A stretch of DNA of 64,000 nt from Marsupella aquatica (lineage: Eukaryota > Plantae > Marchantiophyta). Shown in pieces: positions 13,342 through 26,340 of the stretch. Both the position numbers and the translations under genes were made by a program. The stretch's first letter is position 1; each line of letters opens with the position of its first letter. The stretch lies in the NCBI GenBank assembly GCA_973895155.1, contig OZ316899.1, positions 11,337,675 through 11,401,674 on the forward strand, read 5' to 3'. The notes below the pieces were generated by a model that ran no database searches, had not been told where the DNA came from, and saw only the letters and a list, made by a program, of their open reading frames with translations.

Positions 13342-14401
13342 AGGGTTGGCCGATCACAACGGCTACGACACTCCGCTTGCAGACGGCTAACTAGGAAGTT
13401 ATGAGCGTTGCTAGTTGGTGACGCGCCTAGACATGCGAGTTGGGGTCCAGGTTGGGGGGCAATATTTGGGGACCAAAGTTGGTCCAGGGGTGGCAGGTCT
13501 CCAGAAGCATGTATGAGGGGAGTGGTGTTTCCCTGGGGGCTAAGGGCGAGCCAAAGTCGTGAGCCGTGGCGGTTGCGACACTAAGGGAAAATGCCAAACG
13601 GAAATAACAATAACTTTCCAATGGGAAGTCCGTTGGAGGACTTCTTCGGTGCGTTGGAAATCTCTTAAGGAGGGCTACATCCTCTTGAGCTCAGCTGGGT
13701 CTAGGGGTGCCATAGGTTCTTGGGGTTTGCGGGGGCTACCTTGCCCGCTTGCCACATCATGCCAAAATAGCAGCCAAGCCGCGTTTAGTCTCCCAAGGGA
13801 GCTTGCATTGGGGAGCCAAGACCAAGTAGGCATGGAGGTTGAGTTCCAAGGGATCTTGGCCCTAGACCATTAGTGGAGCAAGAACCGGGTGTTGGTTGCT
13901 AGAGTCGGGGTCATTCTGGGCCCGACGTGTTGGGACAAGCTTTAGGACAAGCTACGCTATTTGGGCCATGAGCATGTCTTGGGGGCAGGACGGTTAGTTG
14001 GTGATGGATAGGTACAAGGGGGAACCCGGGCTGGGCCCAAGGAGCTGTTCTGGACAAACAGTGGACATCGGCTTTGGTTCCGGCTTATGGAATCGGGAGG
14101 ACCTATCGCTGACTGACTTACCAATGTTTGTTGAGCTTGAGTTACGATGCTAGACTTGGGGAGAGATCTAGATCCTGGAGGGTTACTTACCTAGACGTTG
14201 GGTTGCTTGTGCAAATGGTGAGGACCGTTGAGTAGCGGTCGTGTTAGAGAGCAAGTGCGACTTTGTATGGGAGGGTTGCAAGTTATGTTGAGGGCACCAA
14301 GTCGCTTGCTCGAGGAGTTCCGTGGAGGCATTCAGGCACCAAGGGCACTTAGGCAAGGGTGCTGGGATTGGTGAGGGCGCTGGGTGGCAAGGTCCACCAC
14401 T
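13342..14401 (+). repeat. 5'-truncated chromovirus LTR (+ orientation)
   Basis: Matches the distal ~1.06 kb of the LTR and ends CAAGGTCCACCACT. Abuts the Bianca copy 2 protease region. Confidence 0.85.
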
Positions 14402-16391
14402 CCACTCAATTCTGCGCAGCAAAGAATAATTCAAACAAATCATCCCTCACGTACATCGGAATGTAACAACAATAACAGGACAGTAGCAGATCGAGGAGGG
14501 GTATGGCCCAACCACGATTATTCCACCCAATGGAACAACAATAAACATCAAAGCGGCCATATACGCTCCATGAGCCACAAGAAGCCTTCTGAGTTTTAGA
14601 GATATTTGGGACAATGGCTTGCATGCTCATATTGATGCAAAAAATGCACAAGAAGTACTGCACATGATAAGCAATACCCCTAGAGGTACAAAAATTAAAG
14701 AGACACTAGTAGCATATCTAGCTAGCTACTACATTACCAAAATACATAGCTTCCACATGGAAGCACAGACCTACAGCATTATGGAGACCTGGCATAGAAG
14801 ATTGGGCCACCCAAGTACATTGATGTTCTTAGAAATTTATCAAGGATACTAAAGACATTCTGCATACAGTCACCCACTACCATGAAGGGACCATGTTTAC
14901 CCTGTTCACAAGGCAAATTTATAACCAAACCTTCACCACCTACAACAGAAAACAGAATCCCAAATTTCCTTGAGAGGGTCTATGCGGACGTGTGTGGACC
15001 AATTGATCCACCAAGTGGACTTTTTAAATTTTTCCTGGCCATAATTGATGCCTCCTCTAAGTGGTCACAGGTCTCCAGTGGTGGACCTTGCCACCCAACG
15101 CCCTCATCAATCCCAACACCCATGTCTAAGTGCCCTTGGTGCCCGAACGCCTCCACGGAATACCTCGAGCAAGCAACCTAGTGCCCCTTGCACCACCAGC
15201 GGCCCCTCCCATATGAAACCGCACTTGCTTTCCAACACGATCGCTACTCAACGGTCCTCATTGTCTGCACAAGCAACCAAGTACCTCGGTAAGTAACCCT
15301 TCAGGATCTAGAATTCGCCAAGTCTAGAATCCCAACTCAAGCTCAACAGACATTGGTAAATAGGTCAACGATAGGTCCTCCCGATGCCATAAGCCAGAAC
15401 CAGAACCCACGCCCATTGTTCGTCCAAAACAACTCCTTCCTTGGGCGCGGCCTGGGTTCCCCCTTGTACCTATCCATCACCAACTGACCGCCCTGACCCC
15501 AGGACATGCTCATGGCCCAAATAGCGTAGCTTGTCCTAAACCTTGTCCCAACACGTCGGGACCATAATGGCCCTGACTCTAGCAACCAACTCCCAGTTTT
15601 CCCCACTGATGGTCTAGGGGCCAAGCACCCTTGGAACTCAACCTCCATGCCTACTTGGCCTTGCCTCCCCAATGCAAGCTCCCTTGGGAGACTGAACGTG
15701 GCTTGGCTGTTGTTTCGGCAGGATTTGGCAAGCGGGCAAGCTAACACCCGCAAACCTTGAGAACCCATGGGTCCCCTAGACCCAACTGAGCTCAAGAGGG
15801 CGTAGCCTTCCTCGAGAGCTTTCCCAACGCACCCAAGAAGTCCTCCAACGGACTTCCCATTGGGAAGATATCATTGTTTCCGTTTGGCGTTTTCCCTTAG
15901 TGTCGCGACTGCCGCGGCTCACAACTTCGGCTCGTCCTTAGCCCCCAGGGAGACACCACTCCCCTCATATATGCTTATGGAGACCTGCCACCCCCGGACT
16001 AGCTTTGGTCCCTAAACTTTTGACCTCCAACCCGGATCCTATCGCGTATAGTGGGCACACCACCAACTCGCAACGCCCATAATTTCTCGTTAGGCGTCCG
16101 CAAGCACAGTGCCTTAGCCCATTGTGATTGGGCCAACCCAGTGCTCATGCGTAGGCCCTCAGGTCTCATCACCGCTTGGGGTCCCCGATCGGCCAAACCC
16201 GGATCGGGCCATAACTCACGCCCCAAGCATCCGTTGCCCATGGCGTCAACTCCATTGGCTTTGGGCCCAAGAGGAGCTCACACTTGACCCCTCAAAACTC
16301 AAAGTCCGTCTGGGTGTCCAGACGGTTGACCTTGAGCCCGACCCTTTTTCCCCTTGACCCGACCAGCTCTCAGCTAGCCTAAGTCCTTAGT

Positions 16392-19300
16392 AGTGGTGGA
16401 CCTTGCCACCCAGCGCCCTCGCCAATCCTAGCACTCATGCCTACGTGCCCTTGGTGCCCAAACGCCTCCACGGAATACCTCAAGCAAGTAACCTAGTGCC
16501 CCTTGCACCGCCAGCGGCCCCTCCCATACAAAGCTGCACTTGCTCTCTAACACGACCGCTACTCAATGGTCCTCCCTATCTGCACAATCAACCAAACACC
16601 TCGGTAAGTAACCCTTTAGGATCTAGAACTCGCCAAGTCTAGCTTCCTAACTCAAGCTCAACAGACGTTGGTAAATAGGTCAGCGATAGGTCCTCCCGAT
16701 GCCATAAGCCGAAACCAGAACCCACGCCCACTGTTCGTCCAGAATAGCTCCTTCCTTGGGTGCGGCCCAGGTTTCCCCTTGTACCTATCCATCACCAACT
16801 GACCGCCCTGACCCCAGGACATGCTCATGACCCAAATAACGTAGCTTGTCCTAAAGCTTGTCCCAAGCTTGTCCCAACACGTCGGGACCAGAATGGCCCC
16901 GACTCTAGCAACCGCTCCCAGTTTTCCCCACTAGTGGTCTAGGGGCCGAGCACCCTTGGGACTCAGTCTCCGCACCTACTTGGCCTTGCCTCCCCAACGC
17001 AAGCTCCCTTGGGAGACTGAACACGACTTGGTTGCTGTTCGGTAGGATTTGGCAAGTGGGCGAGCTAACACCCGCAAACTGTGAGAACCCACGGCACCCC
17101 CAGACCCAGCTGAGCTCAGGAGGGCTACTGAGAGATTTCCAATGCACCTAAGAAATCCTCCAACAGACTTCCCATTGGGAAGATATCGCCATTTCCGTTT
17201 GGCGATTTCCCTTAGTGTCGCGACCGCCGCGGCTCACGATTTCGGCTCGCCCTTAGCCCCCAGGGAGACACCACTCCCCTCATATATGCTTTTGGAGACC
17301 TGCCACCCCCGGACCAGCTTTGGTCCCTAAACATTTGGCCACCATCCCGGATCCCATCGCGCATAATGGGCGCGCCACGAACTGGCAACGCCCATAACTT
17401 TCTTGATAGGCATCCGCAAGCAGAGTGCCTTAGCCCGTTGTGACCGGGCCGACCCAATGCTCATGCCTAGGCCCTCAGGTCTGATTGCCGCTTGGGGCCC
17501 CGACCGGCCCAACCCGGATCGGGCCACAACTTGCGCCCCAAGCGTCCGTTGCCAATGGCGTCAACTCCATTGGCCTTGGGCCCAAGAGGAGCTCACTCCC
17601 AAGTCCTCAAAACTCAAAGTCCATCCGGAGGTCCGGACGGCCATCCTTGAGCCCGACCCATTTCCCCTTGACCCGACCAGCCATCGGCTAGTCCAAGTCC
17701 TTAGTGTGTGCCCCCAGCTTGGCTCCTTGCCTTGCTAGTGACACGTCTCATTGCCCACAAGTCTCCCTATGCTAAGTCCTCCCCGGATGGCCTATCCGGG
17801 CCTGGACCATAAGGGAGCTCGGCATCGGAGTCAGCGATGCCAGAGCTAAGTGTTAAGGTAGTCGAGTTCCGCGACTTGCACCCCCCTTAAAAATGGTCAC
17901 GTTTGCGTGACCTCAGTAAACGTTCCAACGCGCCTAGACCACTTTGGGCCTTAAAATTTTTATGAGGTAACAAATGGTTTGCCCATAAGGCTGATGCAAA
18001 CCAGGTTGGTATGCGCATTCCAGACTTAGGAAATTCCAACCTATCCCACTTATCCAAGTAGGATGTCAGTCCAAACGGGTAAGCTAACTCCAAACTTGTC
18101 GGACCCAATGTCCTCCCCTTGGGGCACTCCCCTTTGGTTTGAACTAACCCGCCCACAAGATGTAGGGCGGGCACCATCAACTTCCACTCGCAAAAAGCAA
18201 ATTGGCCGCCCAACAACCTCTAGCACCAACGCAATCCAACTTTATCCTTAAGAGGCCAAGAGGAGTGAAACTAGGATACAACTCACAAAGGTGGCTACAA
18301 CTGCCTATACCAGTTCACAACAGTGGTAGGCCGCTTTGCTTACGATAGCTTCCAAGGATCTCTGAGGCATTACCCAAATTTTCCTTTGGTTCCCAAGTAC
18401 TCTCGGCCTGATCATAGCCAGCCCACTTCACCAAATACTCTAAGATTTGCCTTCCCAACTTGCGATTGTAACGGTGGTCCAGAATTGCCTCCACCTCAAA
18501 CTCCTCAGCATCCTCCACCAGCATGGCGTCTGGACGCAAGACTTGATACCGGTTGGGATCATTGTCTTTGACAAACTTCTTGAGCCGATTAACATGGTAG
18601 CTTTTGCCCACGCCCATTTCCTTGGGTGTCTCTAACACCACCAAAACCGGATTATCCTTGTGGGCCTATCGTATAATGCGATAGGGCCCCGCATATCTGG
18701 GAGCCAACTTCCTACTTATGTTCCCGTGGTATTGCTCAGGTCTCAACTACAACCAGACGCTCTCCCAAATTTCAAAGCTTACCTGGCGTCGATGTTTATC
18801 CCCTTGCTCCTTGTACTGACTTTGGGCAAGGGTCATACCCTTGGTAGCCGCTTCCACAACTAGGCGCCGCTCTCGAATAAAATTGTCCGCAAAAGGAACC
18901 TTGCTTTCCGTCCGCCAAGCTTCCGAATTTATAAACCAGGAGGGCGCCCTTGGCGTCCTCTCTATGGCCAACACAAACGGCGCAAACCCTGTCGCCGAAT
19001 GCTTGGTTGAGTTATACCTAAACTCGGCCATTGTTAAATGCTTTGCCCAATCCTTTTGATTGGCTGTCACAAAGTGACGCAAGTAGTCCTCCACGATACC
19101 ATTAACCTATTCCGCTTGGCCATCCGTCTCATGATGATACGCTGATCCCCTAGTCAGATCTGTTTCGGATAACCGGAACAACGCCTTCCAGAAATGGCCC
19201 GTGAACTTGGTATTGCAATCGGACGGGATGTGCAACGGCAATCCCCATTCTTGGAAGACATTGTCAAATACTAGACCGGCAACCTCTTGGGCCGAAACCA

Positions 19301-22300
19301 TCTTTGTAGTAGGCAAGAAATACGCCATCTTGGAAAAACAATCCACGATTGTTAAGATGGAGTTACTGCCATAGGACTCAGGTAACCCAACAATGAAGTC
19401 CATGGAGATAGACTCCCATGGGGCCGCAACTACTAATAAGGGTTGCAACAGTCCTCCTTTTGCCCTATAGACCGTTCGGTTCTTTTGGCACGAGTACCAA
19501 CTTTGCACATGTTGAAGGACCGATTGCTTCATGTCCGGCCAATACACATCTCGCGACATGCTGCGATGCGTAGCAGCTTGTCCTCCATGCCCTCCCCAGG
19601 GTGAGTCGTGGTACTTTTGCAGAACCTCTAACCTTAGAGATTCTGGTATGTACACATGCCTCTGCTTGTATCACCATAATTGAACATTATGCGTCGTATC
19701 CAACCCCAATGACACGTGCCTTACCTTGCCTTGGCTACCCCTATTGCTTTGCCATTCCTTAGCTAACCTATCATCCCCATACGCCGCGGCCAGAACCTTT
19801 GGCCACTCGGATTTGAGCATTGTGATCCCATTGACACGATATTGGTCCTTACGCGATAACGCGTCCGCTGCCGTATTTGTCTTCCCTGGAACGTGGCGGA
19901 CTTCGAAATTGAAATCCGCCAAGAACATCTACCAGCGCATTTCCTTGGGGTTCACCTTGGCTTAGAACTGAAGTACTCGGCCGGCGAGCTATCTGTGTGG
20001 ATTACCACTTTGGGACCGTTCTTAAGGTAAATCTCCCACTTCTTCAACGCATACATCACAGCATATATTTCCCTTTCCGACGTGATCCAGTGATTTTCCA
20101 ACTTACATGACTCAAAGGCCACAAGACGGCCATCTTGGTGAAGACAAGCGCCAATGGCATAATCACTTGCGTCTGTCCAAATCTCGAATGGCTTCCCCAT
20201 CTCAGGTAACTTTAGAACCGGCGGCGTTATCATTAACCACTTAAGTTCTAGGAATGCTAACTCGCAATCCCGTGTCCACACAAACACTTTGTTTTTCAAC
20301 ATTAGCGCATTTAGGGGCCTCGCGATCCTTGCATAGTCTTTCATGTATCTTCGATAGAACCCCGTAAATCCTAAGAAGGCTCTAACTTGCATTACATTGG
20401 ACGGGTGCTCCTATTCTTTGATCTCCTTAAGCTTGTCCTGACTAGGCGTAATCCCTTCCGGGGTAAAGGTATGGCCAAGGAACTGAATCTCGTTCATCGC
20501 AAACTTGCACTTGCTAGGTTTAGCAAAGAGACGAGCCTTCCGAAAGCGAGAGAACACTTCTCTGAGCAACTGCTCATGTTCCTCCAACATTTTTGAGTAG
20601 ATTAGGATGTCGTCAATAAAGACGACCACTCCTTGGTCCAACAAGTCATGAAAGATGGTATTCATCATCTTCATGAACGTTGCGGTTGCATTACACAACC
20701 CGAATGGCATAACCAAAAACTCATAGGATCCGAACCTTGTGCGCATTGCGGTCTTATACTCGTCTCCCTTAGCCATGCGGATCTAGTAATACCCAGACCG
20801 CAAGTCCACCTTTGAAAACTTCTTAGCCCCGGAGAGGCAATCGAAGAGGTCATCCATATGAGGTAACGGGCACTTGTTCTTTATTGTTTGCTTATTGAGG
20901 GCCCGGTAATCTGCACACAATCTCAAAGTATCATCCTTTTTTGACACAAACAGTGCGGGCGCCCCGTAAGGACTCTTACTAGGGCGAATGAACCCTTGAT
21001 CGATCAACTCTTCCAAGGCGTTCTTCAACATCATTCACTTGTTTAGGTTCAAACGATAAGGAGCTTTAGCCTGAGGAGCCGATCCCGGCTCCAACTCAAC
21101 TTGGTGATCCACTTCTCTCCGCGGGAGTAAACCTTTAGGTAGCTTGTGAGAGCACATCGTTGAATTCCTCTAAAATTTCAGGAATTTGACCGCCCCCTCA
21201 GGTTGCTTACGCTTATTCCTGGGACCTTTCGCTTTCCCAGCTTCCCCCTCAAATCCCTTGCCACCCACCTTTGCCAAGTCCGGTCGGTTATTCACCAACG
21301 TAGTGGCCTTGTCGAAGGCGTCAGAAAGCGTTTTGAACTCATGACGCTTTTCTTGCAACTTTTCCCTGAGAAATGGCGGGAGCTTCACGATAAAGTTGTG
21401 AAGCTGTGTATGTAGGGTCTCTTGTCTCGTCGGGATACACGCCAACTGATTCTAGTAATAAGTGATGAACTTTTGGATATCACCCTTGAAGCTCATATCC
21501 CTTACACATTTCTGAGCGTGCCGCTCCGGGTACTTAGTGGTGACATGAGCACGGAGACCCTCAACCAGGTTTTCCCAAGTTAACGGCAAGGAGGAGTCCT
21601 CTCGTGACTTCTTCCATGACTTGTACCAAGTCAAGGCATAGTCCTTCAGGTAAGGAGCGGCTGCGGGTAGCCCAAGTGGAACGCTCAACGCACGCTTGGA
21701 GATGAATCTCCATCGTGGAGAGCCATCTTAAGAACTTTTGTCCACTTTGTTTGTAGGCCCCGTTGTAAGTTGGAGGGGTCGGTAGCTGGTTCACTTGGAA
21801 CATACTCCGTCCAACTACCATTCCCCCCTCGGGACGCGACGCACTCTGACTACCCAAACTAAGTAAGTACTTAATCTGGGCCCCCTTGTTGTGTTCCAAC
21901 TGCTCATAGATGAGTCGTTGGTCTTGAGTCAACGGACCCAGACCGTCGTCAGCGGCCGGGCCCTTGCGGGTTGTATGAGAACGGTCCTCCAACCGTCTTT
22001 CCTTTGCGGGCCACCTGTCCTTAGGTTCTCTTGTGGATTTTGGTGATACCCCTCCTGTCTTGCGAGCACCATGACCTCCCGGGACTGAGGTATCACCCGC
22101 GTCATCCTGGTTCTGCTTGGTCAAATTATCCACAATGACGTCCGGCTTGACATCATCCTCTGGTTCCGCATTCAGCCCTCTCAAGGCTAGGATCAGTTCC
22201 TCCTCTGGGTCCTGACCCTCTTCCTCTGTTTCGGCTTCAGCCTCGTCGTCGCTTCCTTTTGCGTCGGAGTCGTCGTCATCCGACCCATCCTCTGAAGGAT

Positions 22301-23291
22301 CGGCCACCTCCTTCGCTTTAAGTCAACAACGCTCTACACTTGACGTGTTTTCCGCAACGGTCAACGGTTTGGCCATTGCGTCTTCTTTGTCCTGCTTGTA
22401 ATGTTTGTCTAGGGAAGTCGACCTGTCCTTCTTTTGTTCATCTTGAACTTGGGCTCTCCCCTTGGTGGGAGGAGCCTATTTGCCACTCTTTGATCGAGTG
22501 TTTTTAGCCATGTTCCCAATGACCAAATCTGACGGTAGTCGACCCGCCGGGCACGTTGAAGCACTAAGTCCCCGCAAAAATTGGTTAAGATTTTTGGATT
22601 CCAACTTAGCACAACCCCGGCCCGGTGTCTATGCCAACAATCGCTCTGATACCACAAGTGGTGGACCTTGCCACCCAGCGCCCTCGCCAATCCCAACACT
22701 CACGCCTAAGTGCCCTTGGTGCCCGAACGCCTCCACGGAATACCTCGAGCAAGTAACCTAGTGCCCCTTGCACCGCCAGCGGCCCCTCCCATACAAAGCC
22801 GCACTTGCTCTCTAACACGACCGCTATCCATAAGCAGAGTGCCTTAGCCCGTTGTGACCGGGCCGACCCAGTGCTCATGCCTAGGCCCTCAGGTCTGATC
22901 GTCGCTCGGGGCCCCCGACCGGCCCAACCCGGATCGGGCCACAACTTGCGCCCCAAGCATCCGTTGCCAATGGCGTCAACTCCATTGGCCTTGGGCCCAA
23001 GAGGAGCTCACTCCCAAGTCCTCAAAACTCAAAGTCCATCCGGAGGTCCGGACGGCCATCCTTGAGCCCGGCCCATTTCCCCTTGACCCGACCAGCCATC
23101 GGCTAGTCCAAGTCCTTAGTGTGTGCCCCCAGCTTGGCTCCTTGCCTCGCTAGTGCCATGTCTCATTGCCCACAAGTCTCCCTATGCTAAGTCCTCCTCG
23201 GATGGCCTATCCGGGCCTGGACCATAAGGGAGCTCGGCGTCGGAGTCAGCGATGCCGGAGCTAAGTGTTAAGGTAGTCAATTTCCGTGACT
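16392..23291 (-). mobile_element. Ty3/Gypsy chromovirus with both LTRs, degenerate
   Basis: TSD TTAGT (16387-16391, 23292-23296). 3' LTR 16392-17876. 5' LTR 22657-23291 with an ~850-bp internal deletion near 22826. tRNA-Met PBS TGGTATCAGAGCGA at 22641-22654; PPT near 17881-17893. Confidence 0.93.
18315..22307 (-). pseudogene. Chromovirus gag-pol remnants: Gag, RT, RNase H, integrase, chromodomain; no protease seen
   Basis: [29 protein letters not shown]; RNase H WTDASDYAIGA; integrase PWESISMDFIVGLP; chromodomain EFEVEAILDHR...YLVKWAGY...STWEP at ~18350-18510. Multiple stops and frameshifts. Confidence 0.9.
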
Positions 23292-26200
23292 TTAGTGTGT
23301 GTCACCAGCTTGGCTCCTTGCCTTTGCTAGTGCCACGTCTCATTGCCCACAAGTCTCCCCATGCTAAGTCCTCCCCGGATGGCCTATCCGGGCCTGGACC
23401 ATAAGGGAGCTCGGCGTCGGAGTCAGCAACGCCGCAGCTAAGTGTTCAGGTAGTTGAGTTTTGCGACTTCTCCCTACTCTCCACACACAACCTAGTTTTT
23501 GCTTGAAACTGACTCACATCTTAAAACTGAAGGCTCAATTCCCGGACCACCCTATCAAAATACTTTGGGTGGACAACGCCAGCAAATTTACGTCCAGAAC
23601 ATTTGATGAATTTTGGACATCTGTTGGCATTGATACATAGTACCCCATTCCCTATGTTCACTTTCAAAATGGGATAGCAAAGTCCCTAATCAAGCAATTA
23701 CAAATGATCGCCCGTCCTATGCTCATGCAATCAAATTTACCTACCTCCACCTGGGGACACGCTATTCTACATGCAACAGCGATGCTCCAGTATTGGCCAT
23801 CAGCATTTAATACGAGCATGCCTCACCATTTAGCATTTGGAACTATTCCTGACATCTCACACCTGCGAACCTTCGGGTGTCAAGTGTTAGTGCCAATCAT
23901 AGGCCCTAAGCGAGCAAAACTAGGCCCTTAATGGCAGAAAGGAATATATATATAGGCTTTGACTCGACAACAATTATACAGTATCTCAAGCCCACAACAA
24001 CAGATGTATTCAAATCTAAATTCACAGACTGCCATTTTTTTGAAAATGTTTTTCCAACACTGAGCATGCAGAAAGGATCCAATTTAAAGGCCACAACAGA
24101 AGTCCAATGGCAAATACAAACCAACTTTTGGAACAACCCTAGAACGGCACAATCAGATATAGAAGTACAAAGGACTCTCCACCTGCTGTGGATGATGGAA
24201 CAACTCCCAGGCTCTTTTGCAGATGCAGTGAAGGTTACAAGGTCTCACACACCCGCTGCCAATACTCCCTCAAGGATAGAGATAACAACTGAACCGGCTG
24301 CAGACCAGGCTCCAAGAGTAAAGCATGGCCAACCACCAGGATCTGTTGATAAACAACCGCGTCAATGGAGGCCAGTCAATAATATCCAACAAACTCTTGC
24401 CGATACGGTAACTATCCCTTCCCAAACTGTAAGGCGTGATGACAATGAAGAGACGGCCATGCACTATAATACAACAGGGAAGATATGGGATAGAACTCAG
24501 ACAATACTAGATGAAATTTTTGCTTTTCAAATCTCACAAGAAATGCTTAACAAGAACCCTGATGCCCGAACAATAAAGGAAGCACAGAGTCAACAAGATT
24601 GGCCTGAGTGGGAGACAGTCATACACTCACTTGACTCATTAATCTCATGATAAGTCTTTGGTACAATTACACCAGTAGCACGGGATAACCATCTCACAGG
24701 CTATAAATGGAAATTTGTCAAAAATAGTAACGCTGAGGGAAAAGTAGTGAGACACAAGGCACGATTAGTTGCTTGGGGATTTACACAGGTACCAGGGAAA
24801 GATTATGATTTAACTTACTCCCCAATAATGGATTTAATTACTTACAGATACCTTATAGCCTTCTCCTTGAGGCATAGATTATCCATGCATCAACTGGACA
24901 TAGTGACTGCCTATCTCTATGGAAAATTGGATAAAGTCATCCACATGGAAGCTCCAACAGAATTAATACAAAGGGTCCAACACCACTGTAAGGGGGAGCA
25001 GTGCAAAATGAGACCACATAAGCCACCTGAAGGAGGGTTTGGGCATACAGACCAGGATACGCTCTGGTCAACATCACAAGCCATTATAATGAAAACCACT
25101 TCCAGGCAAGAACCGGATAAGAGGGCTCTATTAGGCAAAACCCGGTTCTCAGTTCAGGTGCTTTGCTCCATGTATGGGCTTAAGCAAAGCGGCAGGACAT
25201 GGTACAATGCTTTCAAACAGAAATGTTAGCAATGTGTTTTAAGAATTTGGATATCACCCCATGCCTCTTTATGAAAAGAGAAGGCCAGGGATTCATCATT
25301 GTGGCATTCTACGTAGATGATAACAATCTGTTTGGCACCAGCAAAATAATCCTGGAAATGATTAGACTGCTAAAACATGTATTTGAAATGAGAGATTTGG
25401 GGTAGACTACCTTCTGCCTCGGACTGCAATTTGATTATTTACCTGATGGCATTCTTTTACATCAAACAACATACACAAAAAGAATATTGAAACAATTTAA
25501 CATGGATAAGGCCAAAGCAGTAACCTCTCCAATGGACCTGCGATCACTGGATCAACAAAAAGACATTTTTTGTCAAAGAGAGGAGGACGGGTTTTGCTTT
25601 GAGGAGTTGTCATCAAGGTAGGCCGAAGGCAAAACTGAGGCGGAACTGAGGCGGAAGTTGGACTAGGAAATAGGAGACCTAATCGATCGCAACTTTGGCA
25701 ATACGGATCTTCAACCAGGAATTTCTAGTGCAACGGGATCAGGGGAGCAAGGGGATTCTTCTGATAGCATCGAAAGATGGATTGAGCAAGGCTAGCAGGA
25801 GCGGAAAACCGGAGGAAAACGGCCAAGGAACAACTTTGCGTGTTCAATCGACAGAATTGTAGGGCAAGCGGCTTTTTCCTTAGCGAATGCTGGTCCTTGG
25901 GAACGCTACAGAGAGTGGAGATCACATTATACCCGTAAGCTTAAGCTTTGGATTACGAGTGACGTTGAAGGAGCGGCCTGTTGCCTTGTCTGGAAGAGAC
26001 TACGCTTAGCGTGCAGCTGAATTTAACTATCGTGGAGAGAAGCTGCAACGAGAGCACCATCGAATTGATACCGGGCACACTGAATCCAAAATAGGTAAGA
26101 CAACTAGCTGCAAGGTGTCAAGCCGTTTAAGAGATTTGCTAAGTGCATAAGGACATTCTACTATACTAGGGTCTTTTAGGGATGGAACACGCCCGGGATC

Positions 26201-26340
26201 CTTGGTCCCTCTTTCCCGGTGGGGTTTCTGGTGGCCGTGCTCTGTCAGGATGAAGTGGTGGAAGATCGCTTGGTGGGCGTACTGGTGGAAGCCAAGGGAC
26301 ATTACCTGATTGCTATAATAGGAACCCTCGGAATTTCCTG

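Larger units (their letters stand above)
15077..23468 (-). mobile_element. Chromovirus solo LTR (15077-16391 + 23297-23468) split by a full-length element of the same family
   Basis: AGT...ACT ends. 5-bp TSD TCTCC (15072-15076, 23469-23473) within the Bianca integrase. Confidence 0.9.

Noticed and set aside
5697-14401. LTR pieces 5697-8021 and 13342-14401 as two halves of one LTR
   Set aside because: They overlap by ~400 bp of LTR sequence and the outer flanks (CCTTC vs CCACT) are not a TSD.
5878-17738. Recurrent short ORFs such as PRETPLPSYMLLETCHP and MPRPSGLI
   Set aside because: They recur only because they lie in copies of the same GC-rich LTR, and their stops differ between copies.
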